The position numbers and the translations under genes were made by a program. 64,000 nt of DNA from the NCBI GenBank assembly GCA_023920165.1, contig CP089281.1, forward strand, positions 1,550,001-1,614,000, given 5' to 3'. Of the stretch, positions 49,539 to 61,000 are shown in pieces. Numbering within the stretch: the first letter of the stretch is position 1; every line of letters begins with the position of its first letter. Source of the stretch: Curvularia clavata (taxonomy: Eukaryota). A model generated the notes under the pieces. That model was given only the letters and a program-made list of their open reading frames with translations, was not told where the DNA came from and did no database searches.

Positions 49539-50512
49539 ATGACAATCAACCCCGAGCTCGAGGCTTTTGCGCGAGCCATATCGCGCGTCTTGGGCTGGGC
49601 CTACTTTCTTGCTTGGTTCGTTCCTTCCCACACGCCGGGTCGCTCCTGCCTTTTCCCCCACGCTGACCAAACATCCTCCAGGTCCCTGTCCTTCTACCCT
49701 CAGCCAATATCAAACTACCTGCGCAAATCCACTCTCGGCCTCGCAATCGACTTTCCTACCTTGAATGTCCTCGGCTTCGCCTGCTACACCCTCTCCACGG
49801 CCTCGTTTCTCTACTCCCCAACCATAAAGGCCCAGTATGCCTACAGACACCCTGACGCTCCTCAGACAACGGTGCGCTTTAACGACTTCCTCTTCGCTGC
49901 TCACGGCGCTGTCATGTGCATCATAATATATAGCCAATTCTTCGAGCGGTTGTGGGGGTTCGAGGTTGGCAAGAGACAGCGCGTGAGTCGCGCCATATTT
50001 GGCGTCTGGTGGGGTTGCGTCGTTGCTATCTTTGCTGTCATCGTGCTGGTTCGCGTCAAAGGAGTAGATGGGGGATCTAATGCTGAGGGATGGGCGTGGA
50101 TTGATGTGGTGAGTTTGTCCATGTTGCACTGTGCCACAGCTTATCCTAACACCAGCCCCTCTAGATCTATACCCTTGGCTATGTCAAGCTCCTAACCGTC
50201 TTCCTCAAATACATCCCCCAGGCCTGGGTCAACTACAAGCGCAAATCCACCCTCGGCTGGAGTATCTATCCCATGCTGCTGGACTTTGCTGGAGGCTGGC
50301 TGTCACTTGCTCAGCTGTGCATTGATTCTGCGCTTCAGAACGACTGGAGCGGTGTCACAGGCAACCCTGTCAAATTCGGACTTGGCAACATCACCATCGT
50401 GTTCGACATCATCTTCATGCTGCAGCACTATGTCTTGTATCGACACACGCCTGGGAAAAGAGTCGAGGACGAGGAAGAGTCGGAGGCACTAGTCGGTGCC
50501 ATGCGAGATTAG
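49539..50512 (+). CDS. ERS1: Cystinosin/Ers1-like PQ-loop vacuolar cystine transporter
   Basis: [26 protein letters not shown]; second loop [48 protein letters not shown]; introns 49616-49681 and 50109-50164. Confidence 0.9.
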
Positions 50513-51457
50513 CTGGATCGCCTGGATTGCGCCAGTTGCCCTGGAAGCGTGTTGATCACACGACTGAACCAAATTCCTGTGCTGCGTGAGTGGGTGAACG
50601 CCTTGTTCCGAAACTTTGTTTTAGCTCCAAACAACATTCGCTGCTTTGGTCCAGACCGTGCGAGGAAACCCTCTTTGGGCGCCATTCCATCTAGTTGAAT
50701 TTAGACAAGCGTTTTTCTATGCAACCGCTAAGATTGTGCTCCTTTACAACTGTATATGCTTCCCATGGCTGACTTATCTCCTGGATCTCGTACGATTCCC
50801 GCGCCTAGCTGGTGGCACCATTTAACTCTATAAGCTTTCTTGAGACTATTGACGCTGAGCAAGGAAATCCAGTGACTAAGTGCTTCGGGCATGATACTAG
50901 CTCATTGTCCCCAGAGGGCCCGTGAGCCGGGAGCGGCAGCGTCCTCTCCTAGTCGTTTAAGAAGCATATGAGCACATGTCGTTGCTAGTCTCCCAAGGCT
51001 GAACAACACATGGTTTTAACACAGTCTTTAGGCCGAGTATATAAGAATAGCCTCACCAATAAACGGCCCCGGAATTTTGACTTTTGATCAGATGCGGTGA
51101 CTTATTGGCTGGTTGTGGAAAAGTGCAGTAGCCGTCTGACGATACAGCAGAGCGGACTCGTTTCATGTCTGCGAGTAGGCGAAACAATAACATTATCAGG
51201 CATTAGGTTGCCACATGGTACTGACGCGATGTCGGTCTATGCAAGCCACCGTCACGTATGCCTAACATTGCGTTGCCTAAGGAGTGGAACTTATTATAGA
51301 GCGTCCGCTCTCTTCGACAACTGTAGCCATGTCTTAATGTTTTACGCCTCGCACTCTGAACAATCTCTGCGATAACGAAACAAATCCAACATCGGTTGTA
51401 CGATCGCAAAAACGACTGTCTACCGCTGTCATATCCAGCGCACTGACGGGGCATACC

Positions 51458-52919
51458 ATGGCCCCTCCAGGAACTGTCCTGGTGGTAAGCATTTTCCCAG
51501 CTCAAGATGGTCATGTATTCCATGCATCGCTGACTAGTCTAGACATCATGGTACATCTGTCTCGTACTTGCAGCACCACTCATAGTCCTACGCCTGCGGT
51601 CGCGATTAAAACGACATGAGAAGCTGGGCGTCGACGATGTTGTCTTTATCGCCGCCATCTTCGTGGTGCTGGGATTCAATGCGACCATAGCATATATGTG
51701 GAACCTGGGCCTCGCTGATTGGAAAGCTGGCTACCACATCTCAAGAGCTCAGGTTGCTGCGATAATGCGAATGGTCCTGCCTAGTAAGCTGCTATACGTT
51801 TCAGCCGCATGGACGATCAAGTTCTCCGTCGTGCTGTTCTACAGAATTGTTGCGCCGCCAGGATCGCGGATAGTCGTAATGTGTTATATTGTGCTGGGCT
51901 CCCTGGTGGTTTCATGGTGTGGGGTTTTCTTTTACACATTGTTTGGCTGTATCCCGTGGGACAAGTACTGGGCTGGGGATCTACAGTGTAAGTTGAATGA
52001 CATTCACTCCACGGATCGTGTAATGGGACCGATGCTGATCCTCCATAGCCGAATGTCCTGCAGAGTTTACTGTGCTCAGCTGGTGGCTGCTCACTGGTTG
52101 TAAGTACATCCAGCATTCCTCCTTCGCCTAGATTTGATAGCCATGCTAACAATATTCCAGTAAACGTTTCCACCAACTTAGTCGTCGTCCTCTTCCCCAT
52201 CATCATGGTAATGAAACTCGACTCGCGATTGCGAGATAAAGTAGCGATCATCTTCATGTTCATCCTCGGATTGGTCGTCATCGCTGCTAGTTGTATGTCT
52301 GCTTCACTGTGCCTCGTAAAACACTTTCCTAACCTCATCACACCCAGGCATGCAAGCTTACTACAATATCCGGAATGAAATGATGCTCACCGCCACTGCC
52401 TCCATGGTCGAACTCTCCGCCGGCCTCATCGGCACCAGCCTACTTGCCCTGGGCAAAACCATTCTCGGCAAAAACGCCTTCCAAGTCTCGACATCTCCCC
52501 GTCGATCCCTCGGTCTCACCTCATCGCACCACCAAGCCCACCTCAACGAAATGAAATTACTCGAAGAATACAAGACCGAAAAGAAAACCAATACGAAGCG
52601 TTCTTTATCCGTCAAGCGTTCTGTATCTATCAAGCGCTCTATGTCCTTCAAGCGTTCCCTATCGACGAGTAGGGCCAACAGCAAAGGCACAGATGCCTCT
52701 CGAATGAGCACAGCGTCGAAAGACTCATCCGTTCTACCCGGTCAATTCCACATTGGGTTCACGATGGAGGAGGTGAACGAAGATGAGGAGATGCCCGAAG
52801 AGAAGGGTATTGGGAGCATCACTGTTTGCGCGGCTTTGGACGACTTGACACAACATAGGCGGAGCCACATGATGGAAGAGGTCAAGAGTCCGGGTGTTGA
52901 GTCGTGGTTTGAGAGGTAG
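51458..52919 (+). CDS. Pth11-like (fungal rhodopsin-domain) integral membrane protein without CFEM
   Basis: 5 exons; LRLRSRLKRHEKLGVDD, IKFSVVLFYRI, FGCIPWDKYW, NVSTNLVVVLFPI, KVAIIFMFILG, VELSAGLIGTSL; long hydrophilic tail. Confidence 0.8.
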
Positions 52920-53588
52920 GATGTGCTGACTCTGCTCGAGGCGAAGGTTTGGAATCTGTTGTTACTTTCTGCTTTGCGGGCGTTGTATTAGAAGAGATAT
53001 TGCACGGATTAGACTGGGTTTCTGATGATTGATTACGACATGAAGTTATCGTAATATGTAATGAATAGATGTAATGATACAAATCTCAAGTCTGACATTA
53101 GTCTTCCTACCCAACTTCTGTCAAAACGAATGCACCACTCAGCAATGTCTTCTAGACAAGTGAAACCAGAACACGTGTTTTGTCTTGGTTACCTCAATCA
53201 ACACAGACTACCACACCGGAACCAACTAGTCTCCCCTTTTTTCACTCACATCAGCACTAATGCACAATTATTCTTTGGAACCGAGCCGGCTTGGCTAGGT
53301 AAACTAAAAAACCCTCCCGCGTGGTGAGATTCTGCACGATAAGGTTCACGTAGCTTATATCGGGGCATCGGGGGGAAGTAGCACATGTCTTGGCTAAAGC
53401 TATCTCCCTGCGCATGTGCTCAGCATGGGATATTGGATATGGGATTTAGTACGGAAACAGAGTCCATTGAGTACGAGAGGCAAAGGAGCTTAGGGGTGTG
53501 ATCCAAACTATTATGCAAACTTTGCTTTTTTCCAAGACTGTAAGGCTACTTTTTTTTCTACAAATTGCCAAAGCCTTTCATCCCCTTT

Positions 53589-53985
53589 CTACTGTTCGAA
53601 CAAATCCTCATCCCCCAACCTACTCCTATGCTTCCACACCACCTCTGTATCCTCACAGTCCCTACAATCGCAATCATAACCCCGCCTACACTTTCGATAC
53701 GCGCTCGCCCCCTCTTCATTATACACCTTCCTCAAATCATAGTACAGCACCAAATCACACAACAGATGCTGCAAGCACCTGAAATAATCGTCTTCCCGCC
53801 TGTCGTGTCCCGTCGGCGCCTCGTTCTTCGGGTTATTGAGAAAACCGGATTTGTGCTGCGTGATGAGGGTTTCCAACCAGGAAAGGAAGGGCTAGTTAGG
53901 CTTCTTGCTTCCGAACCCGACGTCTTCCCGACACTATTGTCTCAAAAGGAAGGATGTACAGGACGGTAAAATGACCCATGCATAT
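53589..53985 (-). pseudogene. 5'-truncated, stop-interrupted gene remnant with a Cys cluster
   Basis: Frame reads ...CTSFLLRQ*CREDVGFGSKKPN*PFLSWLETLITQHK...CLQHLLCDLVLYYDLRKVY...CRRGYDCDCRDC...DLFEQ*, with G/T-rich 3' codons like neighbouring real genes; no good start. Confidence 0.45.
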
Positions 53986-54177
53986 TAGCGCGGCGAGCTT
54001 AAACTGCTCAAGATCTAGTCAGGAACAATTTCTCCGCACTTCCCCGCACGATAAACGTTAACCGTCATCTCGTACCACGGGGGAAGCAATGGCAGCGTAG
54101 CACGGCAAAAAAAAGTTTGCAGTTACTTGAATCATGCGTGCGTTGCTAGCGTGAGCGTAATAAACCCTTCAATAGAG

Positions 54178-55851
54178 ATGGAAGCCCTCACTTGTTTCCT
54201 ACCACATCCTTTTGTCAATATCGAGTGTTCTGCAACCATGGCGTATGGAATCAGTAGCTGCCAGCAGCTAGCCACAAGCCTCAGTGCACTTCCCGGGATA
54301 TCCGTGTTGAACACCACACATATCACGAATGGCACTCCAATTGCGCTCCCGGACCTCGTACCCTCATGTGCCAATGCCGCAAGCTATAACTTGGCTACTG
54401 CGACAACAGACATGTGCCGAGTAATCGTGAATGTCAGTTCCAGTGCATCCAGCATCAATCGTATCGAAGCCTGGCTACCAGATAAGTGGAACGGACGATT
54501 CCTAGCGACAGGCAATGGCGGTACTGGCGGTTGCATCGACTATGGCAATCTACAGAACGGCGCAAGTTTCGGCTTTGCTACCTTTGGCACAAACGGAGGA
54601 CATGACGGACAGTCTGGCTATGATTTCTTCCTCAACAAGCCCGAGAATATCAATGACTTTGGATATCGCGCGATTCACGTCGAAGCGGAGACAGGAAAGC
54701 AAGTGATTGAAAAATATTATGGTCGCAAAGCAGATTACAACTACTACTCGGGTTGTAGTACTGGCGGACGTCAGGGCTTCGAAGAGGCGATACTGTACCC
54801 GGAAGACTTTGACGGAATTCTTATCGGAGCAGTGGCCGTAGACTGGCTTCGTATTGTGGCTTCCAAGGGTCTTCTGGCGCGACGCCTTGGTTGGCCGAAC
54901 CTCGAGTCCCCCAGCTACGTTTCTGCCGCGCAATGGGCAGCGATTGTTGCTGCTCAGGTTGCCTTGCTAGACCCTCTAGATGGTGTCAAAGATGGCATCA
55001 TCGACAACCCGACGCTCCATAATTTCGACCCATCGATTCTTGCTTGCGGCACCGGCGTGCTGAATTCGTCAGTCTGCTTGACTGCTGCGCAAGTGAACAC
55101 AGTGCGAGAGATCTACCAGCCTCTTGCCAATACCTCGGGTCATATCGTCTATCCATCTTTTGAAGTCGGCGTTCCAACTGGTGTGTTTTCCGCTAATACC
55201 GCAGTCGTAAACGGCACGACGATACCAAAGCTCAACTACGGTCTGGTTGATGACTTCTGGCGCGGTGCCGTCTACAACGACACTTCATTCTCAGTATTCA
55301 ACTTCACCCCAAAAGACATGGATTTTGCCACCAATCTGAATCCCGGAGGTATCAACATTGCAGGTGGCATATCGCACGACGTCTCTGCATATCACAAGAG
55401 GGGCGGAAAGCTCCTGGCATACCATGGTCGCGCTGATCCAACCGTCATGTCAAGCCTAGCATCGCGCACTTTCCAGAAAACAGCCGAGACACTGAATCTA
55501 ACAACAAAGGAGATGCACGAGTTCTACCGTCTTTTTTACGTTCCAGGCATGGGCCATTGCGGTGGTGGAAATGGACAGTGGGCAATAGGTCAGCCACAGG
55601 TTGACCGAGCTACTGGAGCCCAGTTCAACAATTCACAGCATAACATTCTTCTCGCCATGGTCGAGTGGGTAGAAAACGAGCGTGCGCCTGTTACGTTGAT
55701 TGGGACAAAGTACGTCAATGATACAGTGGTGAATGGAGTAGTAGAGAGTCAGAGAACCCACTGTGTATATCCGAATGTGAGCCGCTGGGATGGCAATGGT
55801 GATACCAAGGAAGCTGGGAGCTGGAAATGTCAACTAGAAGGCGCTGTGTAA
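54178..55851 (+). CDS. Tannase/feruloyl esterase family hydrolase
   Basis: EAWLPDKWNGRFLATGNGG, YYSGCSTGGRQG (Ser), YHGRADPTV (Asp), VPGMGHCGGG (His); CS-D-HC motif intact; many NxS/T sites. Start is ATG 54178 or 54238. Confidence 0.93.
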   Translation: MEALTCFLPHPFVNIECSATMAYGISSCQQLATSLSALPGISVLNTTHITNGTPIALPDLVPSCANAASYNLATATTDMCRVIVNVSSSASSINRIEAWLPDKWNGRFLATGNGGTGGCIDYGNLQNGASFGFATFGTNGGHDGQSGYDFFLNKPENINDFGYRAIHVEAETGKQVIEKYYGRKADYNYYSGCSTGGRQGFEEAILYPEDFDGILIGAVAVDWLRIVASKGLLARRLGWPNLESPSYVSAAQWAAIVAAQVALLDPLDGVKDGIIDNPTLHNFDPSILACGTGVLNSSVCLTAAQVNTVREIYQPLANTSGHIVYPSFEVGVPTGVFSANTAVVNGTTIPKLNYGLVDDFWRGAVYNDTSFSVFNFTPKDMDFATNLNPGGINIAGGISHDVSAYHKRGGKLLAYHGRADPTVMSSLASRTFQKTAETLNLTTKEMHEFYRLFYVPGMGHCGGGNGQWAIGQPQVDRATGAQFNNSQHNILLAMVEWVENERAPVTLIGTKYVNDTVVNGVVESQRTHCVYPNVSRWDGNGDTKEAGSWKCQLEGAV

Positions 55852-56029
55852 ATTTCTCAAACCTATGCATGTCAAGATCTGGCACGGTTTGAGCTAATCC
55901 AGCCCTGCTTGCACTGACCCTGCTCGCACTGTGTTACGAACCTGACAGAGGGGGACAGTGCAAGGTATGGAAAGAAAGAAGGATAAAGCCCATTTCGGGA
56001 CCTCTTCGAAAGAGAACGGCACCAACAAT

Positions 56030-56520
56030 TAATAACGTATAATTAATTATGCATCCTACATACTTGGCGGAACGCCACTATAAGATATATCACGTGTGTC
56101 CCACATACCCTATGCAATCCTACAACACACTACGCGTAGGACATTATAGAATAGCATAAGATAATGTAGGATATAGGACATTCTCTAAGTATACAGGAAT
56201 AGGCATCAGACTTTTATAGCTTGATATATTTAACTTAAGTTACGAGTATAAGTATAATATACAAGTTACTTATAGAACCTTTGTTTATACACTATTGTCT
56301 CATCCGCGAAAACCAACTCTAAGAGCTCTTAACATCGAAGTCTTATATTACTTCCGCTTAAGACTCTTACTCTTAACACACTGATCCTGCTCTTGTTAGT
56401 AAGTAAAGGAGCAACTAGGGCTACATAATTGTTACACGGGGTCTACTTAGTAGAAGTATACTTATCTAATCTCGATCCGGGTTAGGGCGAGACGGCTTTA
56501 ACGAGTATACCTTAAGGTCA
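56030..56520. repeat. AT-rich, TpA-rich segment resembling RIP-mutated repeat DNA
   Basis: Visibly AT-rich with many TA dinucleotides (e.g. gatatatttaacttaagttacgagtataagtataatatacaag); no ORFs; a similar patch lies at ~57150-57300. Confidence 0.6.
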
Positions 56521-56818
56521 TAAACATGTGACTATTCCGATTTGAGCAGGGCGAGTACGACCATCTACAGGAAAAGGATTGAGCAAGATGATGATGATGA
56601 ACTTTCGATTTGGGAGCAAAAGCGACATTTGGTTCGTTGACCGCACACACGGTTAAAGGCCACAGTTGACAATCGATATTCTTGTGTGGGATTACGATGA
56701 GGAAACGCGCACGATGGTTTTTACGTATGATGCCGGACAACGTACACCTAGAGTTAAACAGGCGAGTCTACTGATGTCATATAAAATAAGATTAAAAGTG
56801 ATCGATTCAGTATCTGGA

Positions 56819-56911
56819 GAAGAAGAAGAAGAAGAAGAAGAAGAAGAAGAAGAAGAAGAAGAAGAAGAAGAAGAAGAAGAAGAAGAAGAAGAAGAAGAAG
56901 AAGAAGAAGAA
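56819..56911. repeat. (GAA)31 microsatellite
   Basis: 93 bp perfect GAA run. Confidence 0.97.
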
Positions 56912-57059
56912 GACGAAATTCGCGGAGGAAGTGCGGCCCCAGAGGGGTCATCTAGCATCAGACTCCACAACGGCACAAGAAAGTGGTATCCCGATGCAAC
57001 ATTCGGACACGATGAAGATAGACATTCAAATCTTTTCCATTAAAACTCGCAAGTCCGTG

Positions 57060-57089
57060 GAGGAGGAGGAGGAGGAGGAGGAGGAGGAG
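57060..57089. repeat. (GAG)10 microsatellite
   Basis: 30 bp perfect GAG run. Confidence 0.95.
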
Positions 57090-58012
57090 AAAAGTCTTGA
57101 ATCGGTTGTGAGGACGATACGTTGTGCTTTCGGGCGCCAACATACGAATAGATAGCTATTAACGTCAAACTCTCGTACTTAATTAAAGGGTTTAAGAGAA
57201 AGAGTAAACCCTATTTCGTCTACCAATCTAAAGATAGTTCTATACTCTAAAACGGGAGCACAAATTACGCGCCGTAGGCAAAAAAGGGTCGTGAATGGAG
57301 CCCTTTTTCCGCGAAACGATGAACGGAAACCCTTTGTCGATTACCTCTCTAGTATACAGCTCCGTCTTAGCGACTTCGCTTTGCCAGAATAGCTATAGAG
57401 CAAAAAAAAAAAAAGTATTGCAGGGGACGGAGATGCAGAAATCTCGGATCTCTTGGGGGGCGACAAGCTATACCAAAATGCTGAACAAACAAAAAAAGAT
57501 CGAGCAAAATTTGAACGTGTCATATATCATCCGATGAGAATGTTTCTGGATCCTGATGTTAAAACTGTCTCAACAATGTGTCCGAGGATGAAATGTACTA
57601 GTAACAGCAGCAATGGAACCAAGTGCGCTGAGGGGGGGGCTCTAGGACAAAAGACTCAGGTTGTTGTTGGGAGATATCACAAAAGGGAAGTTCTTTAGAT
57701 CAAATACTGCATCTTCATTCTCCCCGGGAATGAGAGCTTGGCGATGCTTAGGGCAGTAGATCAGGATCAAGCACACACTGCCTTGTTTCTCGTTGGCCTT
57801 ACGCTATAATTATTTATAATTCTAAAGGCAGAGTCTTTCTAGGAGCGTACCTCGATTCAAGGATAAGGATACAAATACATTCCTGAAATCTCCGATCACT
57901 GCACTAGTTAGTTAACCTGATTTTTGCCAAGAACACACGCGCCAATTATAGTAGTACTAATACTCAAGTCTCGATTGATAATAGCAAACGAGGCGATTTC
58001 TCATCCACTTGT

Positions 58013-61000
58013 TCATTTTTTCACCAACCGCGGCCAAACAACAAGGGGCATGCGCGCAACCATGTCAAAGTAGGCCACGAGCATTGGGTCCAGCCCCAAT
58101 TCCGCCGCGCGCTTGATCCACTCCTCCAGCGGGAGCACCTGGGCATCTCCCCCCGTTTCCGCATCGACATAGGCCTTGATATCAGAAAAGGAGATGTTGA
58201 TTTCACCGTGATCGTGAAGGTAGCGCAATGGAGATTCGCCAGATCCGTTGTGCGAGGGTGTGTGAACGGCACACATGACGCTCGTCACCACATCGTCCAG
58301 CCATGTCAGATTCATGACACCGCGGAGGTTCGACGAGAGAGGCACGGCGTTAGCGAGCTTACAGTATTGGAGGAGATTGCCTACCACTTCGAGGGCGGCG
58401 TTGCTGGACGGCAAAGGTGAAGTGTCCGAGTTCAGCTCCGTGGAGCGCGGCCGGCGTTGCACGCTGGTAAGCCTGTGAATACATATGGGCCATGTGCGGT
58501 CACTTTGTTCGTGCAACTTTTCTAGATATCGCTCGCTCGCCCACTTGCTTGCGCTGTACCCATCAAAGGCATCTGGAGGGGGTGGGTATTGCGCTGCAGA
58601 CTCCTCGCTGAACTCGTCTAACCCAGAGTACTGCAATATGCTCGCGGTGGAAATGTACGAGATTGGTATCTTCTTCTTGGCTAGCAAGCACATGGAGATG
58701 ATTTCCTGCGTCGAAATTGTGTTTGCCGCTCGCAATGACTGATATGTTTTGAAGTGAGAAGTGTCAGCCCCGTTGTGAATGATGTAATCTGCCTCTTGAA
58801 AAATTGCCTTGGCTTCGACATCATCCAGGCCAACCAATGGAAGACTAAGCTCTCCCTCGTGCAAGATGACTTTGCTATTTTTGAGAAGCGGGAGTGATGC
58901 TATGCGGGCGCTCACATTGCGTACTGCGATGCAATGAATCCTTTCAACGTTTGGGTCCTCGATCAAGGCTTGAAGGAGCCCCTGACCGACTAAACCAGTT
59001 GCTCCAGTCAATACCACCACTTTCGGTGGCGAAAGGATATGAGAAGTTGCGTCAGCTAGCGCCGATACGGTTGATTCCAACATCGCCGTTTCTGCGTCCC
59101 AATCGAATTGTTCCATCTTCGACTCCCTACCCTTTTCAATACGCTTTGCCATACTACCCAAGGTACTAGCCTCAAACATTTGCGCAAATGGTATTTCAAG
59201 GCCAAAGTGTTGTTGAATCCGTGATTGCAGGCGCAAAAGCAGCATAGATGTGCCGCCTGCATGGAAGAAATCGGTGTGAGCATGAATTCGGTGTAGCTTG
59301 GTGATGTCTTTGGATATTACATCTTGCCACAGTTCCCGAAGTAGGAACTCTGTCTCGGTCAAATTTGTTGAATCGACATCATTGTGAAGTTGAGGTAAAT
59401 CAGGGAGCGGCAATGACGCAACCGCTCTGCGATCCAACTTCCCTGAGCTCATCATGGGCAATTCCTCAACAGCTACTGTCACGGCTGGCCACATGTACTG
59501 TGGCAATGGGAGATTTGACGACAGTTGGTTCAGAACACGTTGCTGATCGGTTTCTGACGGGCGATGCTGAGGGTAGAATTTGACATGGGCAACCAAAAAT
59601 TCGGGGCTCGAGGGCGATGTGCGGACAACAGAAACCACGACATCGCTCAGTATACCATTGGACTCCTTGAGCATGACGCTTTCCACCTCCTGGAGATCGA
59701 TACGGAGCCCACGAAGCTTATGTTGGGTATCGCCAGATCTACGGCCTTCAATGAGCAAACTGCCATCCTGGCGCCACCGACCGTTGTCTCCAGTGCGGTG
59801 CATCGTAGTCCATCCAAGAGATTTGAATGAAGGCGAGGCGTGAGGGTCCAGGACGAACTTCTCCGCAGTCATCCCTTCATTGGCCAGATAGCCAGCAGCC
59901 ACGCCTGCTCCACCAACGTATATCTCGCCTTGAACACCAGGCGGAACTGGTCGGAGTTGTTCATCCAGAACATAGACTGAATAATTGGAGAACGGTCCAC
60001 CAACAGCAGGAGTCCTCTCGCCATTTCCATAAAATAGTTCCATGGCTGTTGTGATGAAGGTAATTTCAGTTGGGCCGTACATATGGAAGAACCGCGGTGG
60101 CGGCTGAGGGCCTAGAGTGGCTTGCAGCTCAAGTACAATATTTGTACCCGGTTCGCCACCGCACATTGCCGTTCTCCAATGAGTGGCGCGAATGAGACTC
60201 TGGCTGCTTCCATATTGAAGCCAGTTGGTATATTCAGATGGCACGCCGCAAGTGACAGTAACACCCTCGGAAGCAATGATGTCGGCAATGGCGCGAGCAT
60301 CTACCCGCATCTCACGGGGCACAATACACACTGTGCCGCCATAACAGAGAGCGAAGAAAGCCTGAAGATACGCCATGTCGAAACCGGAAGAGCTTTGTTG
60401 GAGTACCACGTCTCTCTCTCCAAATCTAAACAAGGGAGGAACGAATTCGGCCCAGTTTCTGAATCCAACGTGCTTCAGAACGATACCTTTGGGAGCTCCA
60501 GTAGAACCACTGGTATATAGAACCATAGCTGGATCATCTGCGCTCGGCAACATCGGCGGTCCAGCCGTAGGATAATCATCGGTGATGTGCTCAACGTTGA
60601 TGATCTTACGAACACCATTAATCTCAAGCTGCTGGACGGCCTGGTCCTCCGTCTTTGAATCGACTAGAATGAAGGCGACGTTGCTGTCGTCTGCCATGTC
60701 TTTGAGGCGTTTAACCAGTGTACCGGCGTCAAATGGTATGCAGACTGCCCTGGCGCCAAGTACACCAAGAACAGAGCACAGCCAGTCGGGTGTAGGCTCT
60801 TGATATACCGCAACCTTGGAGCCTGCAGTACACCCCATAGCGCAAAGAGCCGCGCAAATTGACTCAGACTTATTCAGCATCTGTTTGTATGACATTGACT
60901 TGCCCCCAAATGGCATCTTGAGCGCCACCTCATTCGGCATCGAGTTTGCCATGTCATGGATTCGGCCAACGATCGAGTCATATGGCCATTGGGACCTAAC

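Larger units (their letters stand above)
56650..57160 (+). pseudogene. Frameshifted relic of a fungal PD-(D/E)XK nuclease-like protein with internal poly-Glu expansions
   Basis: Fragments WDYDEETRTMV / (frameshift in T-run) LRMMPDNVH and GSSSIRLHNGTRKWYPDATFGHDEDRH resemble recalled family motifs; stops and frameshifts present. Confidence 0.45.

Noticed and set aside
56666..57043. Poly-Glu, poly-Ser and poly-Leu ORFs as functional genes
   Set aside because: Products of the (GAA)31 microsatellite within a frameshifted relic.
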